A stretch of DNA of 64,000 nucleotides. Source: Octopus bimaculoides. Taxonomy: Eukaryota. The DNA lies in the NCBI RefSeq assembly GCF_001194135.2, contig NC_069005.1:8592486-8656485 (forward strand). Direction: 5' to 3'. Both the position numbers and the translations under genes were made by a program. Below the pieces are notes generated by a model. The model searched no databases. It saw only the letters and a list, made by a program, of their open reading frames with translations, and was not told the DNA's origin. Below, in pieces: positions 26,606 to 39,159 of the stretch (position 1 is the first letter of the stretch; every line of letters begins with the position of its first letter).

Positions 26606-27599
26606 GAGTCTTTATTCAGTTTTGTTTTTTTTGCTTTGAAAAAGTTTGCTTTTTCTGTTAGCCTCTGTTTCGTTCTCATCCTCATAAATAGATGGGCTGA
26701 TGCTGCTGACATGGGGTACTTAACGCTCATATTATGTTAGCTGTTGTTGATGTGGTTGGCTCACCTTGTCTCTACTACTACTACTACTACTACACACACA
26801 CACACACACTTACATGTGTGTGTGTATATGGTTGGTATTTTTATGCATATATACGCATAATTATATATCTTTATTGAATTTAGAAACTTTCCGAGAATAT
26901 GAAATAATTCTGTAGTGGATGACATCAATGCTGGACCACCAGACAGACACCATTAGCTTTTTTTGGTGAATATTCTTTTTTGGATTGTGTTTTGGAACTT
27001 TGTCTCTATCCAACCACCATGCAAAACGCTAGCTATTGTTGAAAAAAATCCGTTTTTCATCACACATACGATGCAAAAATAGTTTGCTTTTATGCCGTGA
27101 CAGTAAAGTACAGCAAGTTTCAAGATGATGTCATTTGATGCTCATTCAGTTTGTCCAGCTACTTTACCTTGCCGATTTGTTACAGATGATCCAATACAGT
27201 TGGAATGGAAACATCAAAAATTGCTGCTAACTCATACGTAGTTTTAGATGTATCTGTTTCCACCACAGTTTCCAGCTTATCATTATCCACCTTAGTCTCA
27301 AACCTACCATGGTTGATTTTCAAGAGTAAAGTCACCAGACCAGAACTTCTGAAACCAACGACATACAGTGTGCTTATTCACTACATCTTCGCCAAACACC
27401 TCATTGATGTTTCAAGCTGTCTGGGATGCATTAGTTCCATGACGGAACTCATATTCATAAACAACACAAATTTTTGATCTATCCATGGGTTCACAAAAAT
27501 TGATTTACAAAACAAAACTCACAATATGATAAAACATCATGAATTGCATTTCGAAAAGTGATGTTGTAAAACAAAGAACTGTCAGGATAAAACAATAAC

Positions 27600-27979
27600 C
27601 AGTTCTATATTTAAGAGATGAGGAATTGTGTACATCATTTACATTTTACGGATACTTGTCCTCATCTTGTTTGTTGTTAACACATTTTGGCTGATATACC
27701 CTCCAGCCTTCTTCAGGTGTCTTGGGGAAATTTCGAACCTGGGTTCTCATTCCCAAGGTATTTTTCAATATTATTATTATTATTGTTCAGGTCACTGCTT
27801 GGAATCAAACTTGGAATCTTGGAGTTAGTAGCCCATGCTCTTAACCACTATGCCATATGCCTGTGGCATATGGTGTAGTGGTTAAGACACCTGAAGAAGG
27901 CTGGAGGGTATATCAGCCGAAACGTTGGGTTAACAACAAACAAGATGAGGACAAATATCCATCGAATGTAAATAATGTA
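27600..27979. mobile_element. Head-to-head inverted dimer of a tRNA-headed element with a hammerhead-containing PLE-like tail
   Basis: 27631-27723 is the reverse complement of 27884-27979. The minus strand from 27861 reads TGGCATAGTGG (A box) and GTTTGATTCC (B box-like). Central 22-bp hairpin at 27840-27886. Confidence 0.85.
27886..27931 (+). ncRNA. Minimal type-I hammerhead ribozyme motif (PLE-type)
   Basis: GACAC CTGAAGA A GGCTG-GAGGGTATAT-CAGCC GAA ACGT T GGGTT: core, 5-bp helix II, palindromic ACGT helix III, GUU triplet, and helix I with one mismatch. Confidence 0.75.
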
Positions 27980-28048
27980 AAACATTAAAGTTAAAAACTG
28001 TCAAACTTGGTGCATAAGAAAATCGGACATTTCATTGTTAATGACCTG

Positions 28049-28080
<32 letters not shown>

Positions 28081-28539
28081 ACATACACACACACCCATTG
28101 TACATACACACAAGAGGGGGGGGGGTGAGCTAAAGCTCGAATACCTTTGATCATAAGGTCTGTTCAATCTAGGCTGGCCTAGGGTTTAATTACTGCTATA
28201 CCAAATAAACTTTACAATGGTAACTATTTCAAGAGCAGAGTTGTTGTACAGAAATATACAAAAATGACAAAAACAGAAAAATGAAGAAAGATTACACTTC
28301 TTCCCTCCTCCTCCTCCTCCACCTCCTCTCTGTTCTCCACCCTCAATTGTGCTTTTATTCTTTTTTTCTTGTATGTGTGTATGTGGTGAGGATGGGTAGG
28401 GGTTACTTACATTATTACTTTCTTTCTTTTGTCCTTTCCTTTGTTGAAATTCTGCCAAGACAACTGTGAAGAAATCTGCCCAACCATTCATTGTCAATAA
28501 GAGATCATTGAGTCAGTTTTCAACACTTCAGGGATTAAC

Positions 28540-28550
28540 ACCACTATAGG

Positions 28551-28597
<47 letters not shown>

Positions 28598-28683
28598 GGC
28601 TATGTATATGTATGCGTGTATGAATGTGGTTGTGAAGGTGGTTATATTTGTATGTTTCTATTTGCATCAGTATGACTGTGGCA

Positions 28684-28724
<41 letters not shown>

Positions 28725-29250
28725 TTTGTGCAGGTGTGATTTTGACTGTATTCGCATGTGTGTGTGTATGCTTGAGGTTACGTTTGTATGTATATACTTC
28801 TCTAATTATGTTTGTGGCAAGGTATGTATGTATGTGTTTTTGCATGGGGTGTGCATTGTGGCTATATCTGTGTTAGTGCGCTTCTGGCTGTGCTTGGGTG
28901 TGTTTGTGTTGTTTGCTTGGGTGTAATTGTGACTGTGTGTGGGTGTGCACTTTTGTATTGTTATAATTGTGTATATATCTGTATGTGTATGTTTAAGTTA
29001 GAGTGATTGTGTGTGTGTGTGTGTGTGTGTGTTAGTGTGACTGCGGCTATGTTTGTACTGGTGCGATTGTGGGTATGTTTCTATGTGTATGTTGGCATTG
29101 ATTTGTTTGTGGGTACGTTTGTATGTGAACATTTATGCTGGCGGTGTAATTGTATGTGTACACGTGTGTGGAGGTGTGCATGCTTGTGTGTGTGTGTGTG
29201 TGTATCCATGTATGGCATTGGTGTGACAGTGTGTAGGGGTGGATACAGAT
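28540..29250. repeat. Degenerate (TG)n low-complexity tract
   Basis: Directly visible. Confidence 0.9.
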
Positions 29251-29312
29251 GATTGGTGATAGTGGTGACATTTGATTAACCTCTATATTGGTTTTCTACT
29301 AATTTTCCATTC

Positions 29313-29348
<36 letters not shown>

Positions 29349-29465
29349 CACCCAGCACTCCTCATTCATCTTTGACTCTTTCTCTACTTGCTCTCCCCCC
29401 TCTCTCTCTCTCTCTGTCCTCTTAACGTTTTCCTCCTATATATTGTCCTTTTGTCTCCTTCTCAC

Positions 29466-29501
<36 letters not shown>

Positions 29502-30045
29502 ACTCTGCAAAATTTTGCTGGGTAAATTTTTACAAAATGATTGTACTTTTAATGGTAAGGGACTGGCGCTTCCTTGTTCTATCAAAGTTGGAAAGTTGTA
29601 AAAAGAACTCTGCAACAACAACAACAACAACAATAGCAGCAGCAGCAGCAGCAACAATGTGGGCAAACAGAATTCAACAAGCAAGCTATCAGAAGAACCT
29701 CCCTCTACCTCCCACCCTCTCTCTCTCCTCTCCACAAAAGAAAAATCAACAACACAAAACAAAGTGTTTTACTTTTGATATCATGGTAGACAAACATAAG
29801 GAATTAAGAACAATCATAGTTTGGTGTGTTCTCAACAATGGTGAGAACATTCGTACCTACAAATACGCACACATATGTATGTGTTTATGTGTATTACAAT
29901 ATATATATGTGAGTGTGTGTACATCTATACATACGCACACATACATACATATACGTATATGTAATATATTTATATGCACATATATATGTGGATGTGTCTA
30001 TATCTATCTATACCTGTGTGTCTGTCTCCCTCTCTCTTTCTCTCT

Positions 30046-30146
<101 letters not shown>

Positions 30147-30559
30147 ACAATATATGTACTTATTCGTGTAGGTGTGTCTATATCTGTCTATATATATTGT
30201 TTATATATATGCACATACATTTGTATGTATATGTGTATGTGTTTATATATATATATTTATGTATGTATGTATGTATGTATATGTGTGTCTATATATACAT
30301 AGGTAAATGTGTATGTATTTATCATATGTATCATTTATATGGGTGTATTTAATGAAAAAAATGTCAAAAATAAAAAGATTAAAATAAAATCTAAATAAAA
30401 ATGTCAATCAATGAATCAGAACTGAAAACTACAACAGAAATGGTGGGTGGTTGGGTGGGGGGTCAGTGTTTGGGTGTCAAAATGTCAGATTTATTCTGTT
30501 TTCTAATAAAGGGTCAATCTATCCTAACTTATTTTTCACTTTGTTGGTATTGAATCCTA

Positions 30560-30835
30560 GTCCACCATTACTACCACCGCCATCTGTCACCACCACCACC
30601 ACCACCACCACCATCATACCAAGCCACTATCACCAACATGATACCATCAGCTGTACCAGCAGCAGCAGCACCATCACTACCACCAACACCACCACACCAC
30701 AACTACTACCACCACCACCATACTACCACAAGCACTACCATTATGACTACCACTGCCACCACCACCACCACCACCACCACACTAACACCACTACTACTGT
30801 CACCTCAGCTACGACCACCAGCTCAGCTACCACTG
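30560..30835. repeat. Degenerate (ACC/ACT/AGC)n trinucleotide tract
   Basis: Directly visible. Confidence 0.9.
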
Positions 30836-31806
30836 ATTTACTTGCCTATCTTGTACTCTAAAACTCTTGTGATTTCCAATTTTCATATGAGTATCTCTTG
30901 TAACAACTCTTCTTTTACTCTTCTAATAGCTTATCTTAAGAGTATGGAATTGGTCCTCTGTTTTGTAAAAGAAAAAAAAAAAAAACTCAGACTGGCAGAC
31001 AGCCTTATTGTGGTCAGGTACTCAATGCTTCACTGTTTCCACATGTCAGGCAATGCAGACAGTCAGATGTTGACTCTTGCAAGAATGATGACTTCAGACT
31101 CTGAATGCTGACTGAAAAATCCAGCTAAGGATTATCAGTGAGGAAAATGTACCATAAGTACTTTAAATTCTTCTTGCGGACATTGCAAGTTCAGTGTAAA
31201 CTTATGGTGAATTCTTCATGATAACGAGTAAATTGTATTGGTTGCATATCAGGGATGCTAGCATGCTTACAAAATACACTCAAACACCAAATTACCTCAA
31301 CTGAATTCTCAACAGCACACTAACCAGTGATTAGTATGCCGCTATATCAACAAGTACACCTAATCATCGAAAGTGGTGTAACAACAGAATAGCAGCCAGA
31401 TAGGCAGAGCAGTTATTACAGTTCACACAGTGATAACCCAATACGCAGCCAGTGATCTCACAGCATGGATATTGATGACACAGCTGATGACCCTTGGATC
31501 CAGTTGCATAATAGTTCCTAGATTGTTGGCACTTTTATAGCTGTGTTCTGCAACAGAATATGACTTCTATGAATTTGAAATACATGTCATTCTACACATC
31601 CTCTCATTAACAGAACAGATTACTGTGTGTCAAGAACATAATTTCATTGCATAAAAACCTGCTTTCATATGGAAAGTATGTGTTAATTGGATCATACATG
31701 TATGCAGTTTTATGTTCACCTGCTGTTTCACTTGTATGTACATTCACAAGTATATACACACAGACACAAATGGGTGTGTGTGTGTGTGTGTGTACATATG
31801 TATATA

Positions 31807-31842
<36 letters not shown>

Positions 31843-31860
31843 CATGCATGTGTATATACA

Positions 31861-31926
<66 letters not shown>

Positions 31927-32100
31927 CATATATATATACACACATATATAATTATGTATACATATATATGTATATATAAATATAGATAAAGATACAGATA
32001 CACATACATATGCACACATACACACATACACATACACGTGTATTTATACTTATGTGTATGTATGTATATGTAAACACATACATATATATATATATATGCA

Positions 32101-32131
<31 letters not shown>

Positions 32132-32133
32132 GC

Positions 32134-32187
<54 letters not shown>

Positions 32188-32964
32188 CTGCATGTAGGTG
32201 TATACAATGTGCATACAAATGTATATCTACCGCATACATGTAGTATCATTATTCTTTGTAGAATGCTACATTCATTTCATTCCGAAATATTCCACTGTAA
32301 TGTAATTATTTAACATCTCTCTTTTTATCTTTTCTTTCTTTCTTTCTTTCTTTTTTTTTTTTTTGTTATGCTGACATTGAATCACTTTTATATTAACAAT
32401 ATCTTGCCAGTTGGAATTGTCACAATCTAACTTGCTTTTGGCAAAGAAAAGAATATATATATACACACACATATATATATATATTTCTATTCTGTGTTTG
32501 TAATAAAATTAAACAATGTTTTCCCGCACAAAAACATTCATTGTACTTAGCATTAAAAAAAAAAAAACAACAAAATATTGCGATGCATACATATATGCAA
32601 CTGCAAATGTGCTGAATAAATGACTCATAAATGTTTCCAAGTTGACTACCATTGATTAATATTTGTATATTCATTGCAATTAAAAGAACCAAAAACAACC
32701 AAAAATAAACTCCCCACAGTTTATGAAATTATTTAATCTTTGTCTTCTTTAAATTTTTGTTGTTTTGTGTCTTTGATAATTTTAGAGTGTGGTTATGTTT
32801 CATTCACGTATGTAATTTATATATAAACATTAATATTGCATTTGATTATATGTTTTAAATCGAAAGCATTTTTGAATTATCTCTGAAATAATCTGATGTT
32901 AAATGATTTATGCTGATATAAACACAATGCCACGTAAAATTAAGATAATTGCAAATACAGTTTC

Positions 32965-33118
32965 AGATATGGTTGTATGGTAAGATATTTGCTCGCCAGT
33001 CACATGGTTCCTGGTTCATTCCTACCATGTGGTACACCTTGGGCAAGTGTCTTCTACTACAGCCTCAGGCCAACCAATGCCTTACAAATGAATTTGGTAG
33101 ATAGAAACTTGAAAGCAG

Positions 33119-33164
<46 letters not shown>

Positions 33165-33371
33165 CACAGTTGTGGTTGTATGATAAGAAGCTTGCTTCCA
33201 AATGACACAGTTCCGGGTTCTGTTCCACTGTGTGGCACCTTGGGCAAGTGTCTTGTGACCGAAGCCTTATAAGATGAATATGGTAGACAGAANNNNNNNN
33301 NNTGGGCAAGTGTCTTGTGACCGAAGCCTTATAAGATGAATATGGTAGACAGAAACTGAAAGAAGCCTATC

Positions 33372-33423
<52 letters not shown>

Positions 33424-33600
33424 GTCCCCCACAACACTTGACAATTGATGTTGGCTTGTTTCTGTCTGTGTAACTTTGCAGTTTGGCAAAAGAGACCAAG
33501 GGCATAAGTACCTAGCTTATAAAGATATACTTTCATTGAGTTGCTTGACTAAACTTTCTAAAGTGGAGCTCCAGCATGGTTGCAGTCAAATGACTAACTG
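32965..33600 (+). mobile_element. Family A SINE head followed by a full-length family A SINE (gap-split)
   Basis: Two heads, each with CACCTTGGGCAAGTGTCTT; the tail ends CCAGCATGGTTGCAGTCAAATGACT. Confidence 0.8.
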
Positions 33601-33654
33601 TTGAAAAAGGAACGTTAAATCTTCATTTGAAAAAAAATACATTGAAATTAGGTC

Positions 33655-34030
33655 ATCAGTAACAACTTTAGCTGTGTGAATTGGTGCATTATCATCCTGA
33701 AAGATTGTTTCCCTCTGGAAACAGTTCTGCAACCATAGGATGAATTTGATCAGATAAAATGCTTAAATAGTCTTGACTATTAATTCTGCCATGAAAGGAA
33801 ATCATTGGGCTGGTGGATTTCTAAAATGTAGCTCCACCAGATCATTACAGATCCTCTATGTTTAACAGTTGGAAGAAGGCAGTCTGGGTCAAATGCTTCT
33901 TTTAGCTGCCTCCACACATATATATACGACCAGTGGTCAGAAATAAGGTAAAGGGACCAATTCTGTAGGTTTTTACTCCACTCTTAATGCTTTGCAGCGT
34001 TTGTTTTTGGCTCAACAAAATTTTATCTAG
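33655..34030 (-). mobile_element. Decayed Tc1-family transposase fragment
   Basis: Manual translation with frameshifts: KTNAAKH*EWSKNLQNWSL / FTLFLTTGR / VWRQLKEAFDPDCLLPTVKHRGSVMIW / HGRINSQDYLSILSDQIHPMVAELFPEGN / IFQDDNAPIHTAKVV, including the Tc1 second-D motif QDDNAPIH. Confidence 0.9.
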
Positions 34031-34124
34031 CCCATAGGAACATGGAAATGTGGACTTTATACTGATGAGGATACACTCACACACAAACACACACAAGCAC
34101 ACACATATATAAGAAGACCAGTTC

Positions 34125-34340
34125 ATACTCAAGAAGACCCTGTGCTGGTACCATATAAAAGCACCCATGCTGGTATTATGCAAAAAACACCCAGCACACT
34201 CTGTAATATGGCTAGTATTAGGAAGGGCATCCAGCCATATCAAACCAAGACAAATCAGCTTGGAACCTGGTGCAGCTCTCCTGCTTGCCAGCCCTGGCCC
34301 CATGACAGCATGCAAAATGGATGTTTAAACGATGATGATA
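34125..34340 (+). mobile_element. Family C repeat
   Basis: TTAGGAAGGGCATCCAGCC...CAGCATGCAAAATGGATGTTTAAACGATGATGAT. Confidence 0.75.
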
Positions 34341-34346
34341 ATGGTG

Positions 34347-34429
<83 letters not shown>

Positions 34430-34432
<3 letters not shown>

Positions 34433-34570
34433 ATAGGCTTCCACACTGTTTCTGTCTACCAAATTTACTCTGGGGACTCTAATAGAAGACAGCTGCCAAA
34501 GGTGCCATGCTGTGTGACCATGTCCGAAACACATGTGGTTGCAAAATGAGCTTCCTAACCACACAGTCTT
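34430..34570 (-). mobile_element. Family A SINE head, decayed
   Basis: TTTCTGTCTACCAAATTTACTC...AAGGTGCCATGC...CATGTGGTTGCAAAATGAGCTTCCTAACCACACAG. Confidence 0.7.
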
Positions 34571-35639
34571 TCCTGCATCAGAAATGCTGATGTTAATGCC
34601 AAAAATTAAAGAATTAAAAAAAAAAGGGATGCTGTAAAATTGTATTGATAGCTTCTAATTCTAATGAATAGCCAATGTGCTGTAAAGAGGGTTAAACAGA
34701 AGAAATTAATTATCGTTTCCCTCGTCTTCTTTTTCTCTCTTTACTCGTTTCCCTTTGTTTTTACAATTTTGTACTGTTATTATTTTTCCTTTTCCTTTTC
34801 AATTTCTTTATTTCTTTCTTCGAAATCACTGTCAAATGATTTTGATTTGGTAATCGTAGAACTGGCATTTACCATTTTCTTCTCGACACTCCACAGTTAA
34901 AGTGAGCTTGCTTTATTAGAAGGCTCACCTTTTTTGATTGCGTTAACCTGTCTTTGACCAAACAAATTAGCATATTTTTGCAAAGATGCTATTTTAAATA
35001 AATGATGATTTTTTTAGTTTTGTTTGTTTGTTTGTGTGTACATATGCATATGTGTGTGTATGTGTGTGCTCATTTGTTCATGTGTGTACGTGTGTGATTC
35101 CCTGTGTATATGTTTGTATATGAATGAGGTTGTGTGTGTTTGTTTTTGCATGCGTTTCTTGCATCAGGTGTGCATATATGTGTACATACACATGTGTGTA
35201 TATTTATGTCATGTATCTGAGTATGTGTGTGTTTGTACGTGCTTGGTTGTATGTCGTATATGCATGTGTGTGTTTGTGCATTCATGATTGTATGCCTGTG
35301 GGTATGTACCCTTGTGTATATGTATGCGTCTTTGTGTCTACATCTGTATGTGTCTGCATTCATCTGAATGTGCTTGTGCTTCTGTGTCCATGGGGGTGCA
35401 TGTATTGGTATGTATACCATGTGTGTGCCTGTGTGTGTGCATGTACATATATTGGTGCATAGATGTTAATGCATTTTCTTTTTGTTCTTGTTTTGTGCTT
35501 TTCTTTTGCATGTGTGTTTCTGCTGTGATTGCATACCTGGGCATTTATGAGGTAACTAACTAATTGTATGCAAACCGTTAAATCTAAAAAAAAAAAGTTT
35601 GCTCTGTCCGATAAATCTTCTATTGATGGAGAAGAGTTT

Positions 35640-36190
35640 GAAGAGAAGGTGGTGGTGGTGGCGTTGGTGATGATGTTATCACTGGATATTTTATCACCAT
35701 CACCACCGCTGTGGCCATCACCATTGTCACTAGTGACACCATCATCAACATCACTTACCACCACCCCTATCACCACTAGTAACATCATCATTATCACCAC
35801 CACCAACTTCTAGTAATATCACCATTATCACCACCACCACAAGTAACCTTATCATCATCATCACCACTACCATCATGCCTGACCATCACAACCACCACAC
35901 CCACCTAACATCACCTCCACCATGACAATCACAACCACCACAGACTACGGCACCCACACCACCACCACCACCACCACCACCACTACCACCACCACCATCA
36001 TCATCAATGCTAGTCGCATCATCAACACTCCCATCACACTCACCAAACATCACTACCACCATCACCGCCAACAACCTCCACCATGACACTCACCACTACC
36101 ACCATCACCATCACACCACCACTATCACCAACACTAGCTTACATCTCACCACCACCACTGCACTTCTCCATTGCCACCATCACCACGAGC
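35640..36190. repeat. Degenerate (ACC/ATC)n trinucleotide tract
   Basis: Directly visible. Confidence 0.9.
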
Positions 36191-36597
36191 ATTATTCTGT
36201 AAATAATATTTTTTTTTCCCTTTCTAAACATCGGCCTGTTTGTTTATGTATATTCTCACATGATGTTTTCATTGTCGTTGCAGTTTCGCGTACGTTCTGT
36301 GTGTGCGTGTGAATGTATGTATGTGTGTGTGCATTGTATTCATTATGTGCGCTCTTATTTTTTTTAATTTGTAAGTAATAAGCAAAATTAATTACTGAGT
36401 TTTAAAGATGAATTTAGAATAAACAAGTCATTTGTTGGCCGGTGTGTGGGTGGTGGGTGAAGAAAAATAAAAATGAATGCAAAATGTTTTTTTTAAATGA
36501 TATATATATATATATATATAGATATATAATATACATATATATATATATATATAGGTATATGATATATATATATATATAGATATATGACATATATATA

Positions 36598-36654
<57 letters not shown>

Positions 36655-36812
36655 NNNNNNNNNNNNNNNNNNNNNNNNNNNNNNNNNNNNNNNNNNNNNN
36701 NNNNNNNNNNNNNNNNNNNNNNNNNNNNNNNNNNNNNNNNNNNNNNNNNNNNNNNNNNNNNNNNNNNNNNNNNNNNNNNNNNNNNNNNNNNNNNNNNNNN
36801 NNNNNNNNNNNN

Positions 36813-36881
<69 letters not shown>

Positions 36882-37595
36882 TATTTATTTATTATACATT
36901 AGCACACATACACATTCACTGACACACGCACAAACACAAACTTAAAGAAATTAAATAATTTTTTTTTGCTTTTTGAAATGTCTAAAACAAATTTTACAAA
37001 AGAAAACCCCATAAAAACTGAAAAAAAAGAAAAAGACAAAAGCAAAAAATCAAAATAACCAAGTGTTAAATAAATAATTAACTAAATAAATTAATAAACA
37101 GACCTAACTAAAATCAAATCTACATTACAAATGGTTTGCTTTGGTAAATCAGAGAGTGGTAGCAACAGTGGTGGTGGTCACAGCAGTGGTGGTGGCAGTG
37201 GTGGCGATGGGGACAGTGGCGGTGGCGTTGGGGGTGGTAAGTGTTTGAGTAAGGATTGTTCTTGTCGTTTTTTTCTTTTTGTTTTATTATATTTATTTTT
37301 TCACTTGAGAAATTTAATGTCTTTCAGTGAAAGCATTTAGAGGTTTAAAATGGTTTGTTGTTATTTTTTCCAAATGTGGATTTATATATATTTATTTTCT
37401 TTTCATTCTTCATTTCTTTATATTTCGATGTATTTCGTCGGGAGTTTGTGTTGTTGGTGTTGTTGGTGTTAATCTTTATCTTGTGTGTTTTGTGAACGAT
37501 GGCAGCTGCAGCATACACAAATTGTAAAGAAATTTATAGAAGCAATACAATTGAGTATACATATAGGTTCTGTATATACACTTGTGTTGATATAG

Positions 37596-37629
<34 letters not shown>

Positions 37630-37913
37630 CTAGATCTATGTACTTTATATATGTATGTGTGTGTGTGTCTAGATCTATGTACTTTATATATATGTTTGCA
37701 TATGTATGTGCATCTGTATGTGTGTGTATATATATATGTGTGTATGTGTGTGTGTGTAAAATAATAATAATAATAAACTTGTATACAATGCTCAAATGCA
37801 CAGGTATATGTATAGATATATGTGTATGTTATATACATACAGATATATGTATATATAGTCACATATGTATGAATATATATATATATATATATACACACGT
37901 TCATAGATATATG

Positions 37914-37957
<44 letters not shown>

Positions 37958-38177
37958 NNNNNNNNNNNNNNNNNNNNNNNNNNNNNNNNNNNNNNNNNNN
38001 NNNNNNNNNNNNNNNNNNNNNNNNNNNNNNNNNNNNNNNNNNNNNNNNNNNNNNNNNNNNNNNNNNNNNNNNNNNNNNNNNNNNNNNNNNNNNNNNNNNN
38101 NNNNNNNNNNNNNNNNNNNNNNNNNNNNNNNNNNTTTCAGCTTTATATTACATTAATCTTAATCTTAATCTTATTTC

Positions 38178-38222
38178 GGCCAGAGTTCTTTCGTCACACT
38201 TCTGTGACCTCATCAGTGGTCC
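38178..38222 (-). ncRNA. Minimal type-I hammerhead ribozyme motif (PLE-type)
   Basis: Minus strand: GGACCA CTGATGA G GTCACA-GAAG-TGTGAC GAA AG-AA-CT C TGGCC. 6-bp helix II with a GAAG loop, 2-bp helix III, CUC triplet, and helix I CCA/TGG. Confidence 0.7.
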
Positions 38223-38928
38223 TTTGTTTCCTTCTTTCTTATGTGTGTCTCACCTTGCTAACTATCAGCCATTTTGTATTTTGTATATATATATATATAT
38301 ATATATCTATTGTCATATATATGTAATTTGAAAGAGAGAGAGACTCTTTGTTGGCAAGATATCACATGAACCGTTGCTGCTCTTGATTAATTCCTGACTT
38401 CATGGCACTGTGTGGCTCAACACCACCATATGGCCTGTGGAAGTACTCTCTGTTGCAAATCTCAGGTGCCAAGCTCCTCACTGAATACTTTCAGCCCACC
38501 AGTCTTGAAAGGGCTCAGAAATGCTCCTGGACCCTGTCCTTCCTCATTTGACTGAGCCATTAAAAAAAAAGCAAAAAGCAATAGCACTGAGATTTAGTCG
38601 AGTTGGTGGAGCATCCGCTGATGTTCTGAATTCAGATACAGTTTTTCATACTAGTGAGGTTTATTGAATAATTACTGCTTAATAAGATATTTACCAGTAA
38701 TTTACATAATCAGCTTTAACCAAAAAAAAAAAAAGTCAGAAAATAGTGCCTTAAGTATAGCCAAATCACAGTAACTGAAATGAAAAAGTGAAGAATGTGT
38801 CTTAGAAAATTAATAAGGACCAGGTGTGAGAAACGAAATCAAGAATTCCCAAGATGTTGTTATTGATCATTGGCATTAATACTGAAGTGGCAATATATAC
38901 ACATACTCACACACAATTTATATTATAG

Positions 38929-38973
<45 letters not shown>

Positions 38974-39159
38974 NNNNNNNNNNTATATATATATATACAT
39001 GTGTGTATATATATATATATATGTATATATATACTCTTTTTTATTCCTTTACTCATTTCAGTCATACGGCTGTGGTCAATAAACACACATACACCCACGT
39101 GCATGTGTGTGTGAAGGTATATGCGTATCTATCTACCTGTGTATGTGTCCTGATATGCA

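Larger units (their letters stand above)
26912..28052 (-). mobile_element. Decayed mariner transposon (transposase remnant 27486-26912; 5' TIR at about 28020-28052), interrupted at about 27600-27980
   Basis: Manual translation: MDRSKICVVYEYEFRHGTNASQTA*NINEVFGEDVVNKHTVCRWFQKFWSGDFTLENQP / KVDNDKLETVVETD..TTYELA..DVSIPTVLDHL*QIGKVK*LDK / CDEKRIFFNN..WLDRDKVPKH..HQKKLMVSVWWS. These are the mariner HTH and the first catalytic-D region. The minus strand has the mariner-like terminus TA-TCAGGTCATTAACAATGAAATGTCCGATTTT. Confidence 0.92.

Noticed and set aside
30451-31111. Mucin-like Thr/His/Pro ORFs (also 35360-36312)
   Set aside because: Degenerate ACC-type triplet repeats with no supporting splice or homology evidence.
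33241-33355. Exact 52-bp direct repeat across a 10-N gap
   Set aside because: Assembly overlap artefact.
33906-33947. Apparent 42-nt plus-strand exon (ag|LPPHIYIRPVVRNK|gtaaag)
   Set aside because: It lies antisense within the Tc1 transposase remnant, so the signals are best explained as coincidental.
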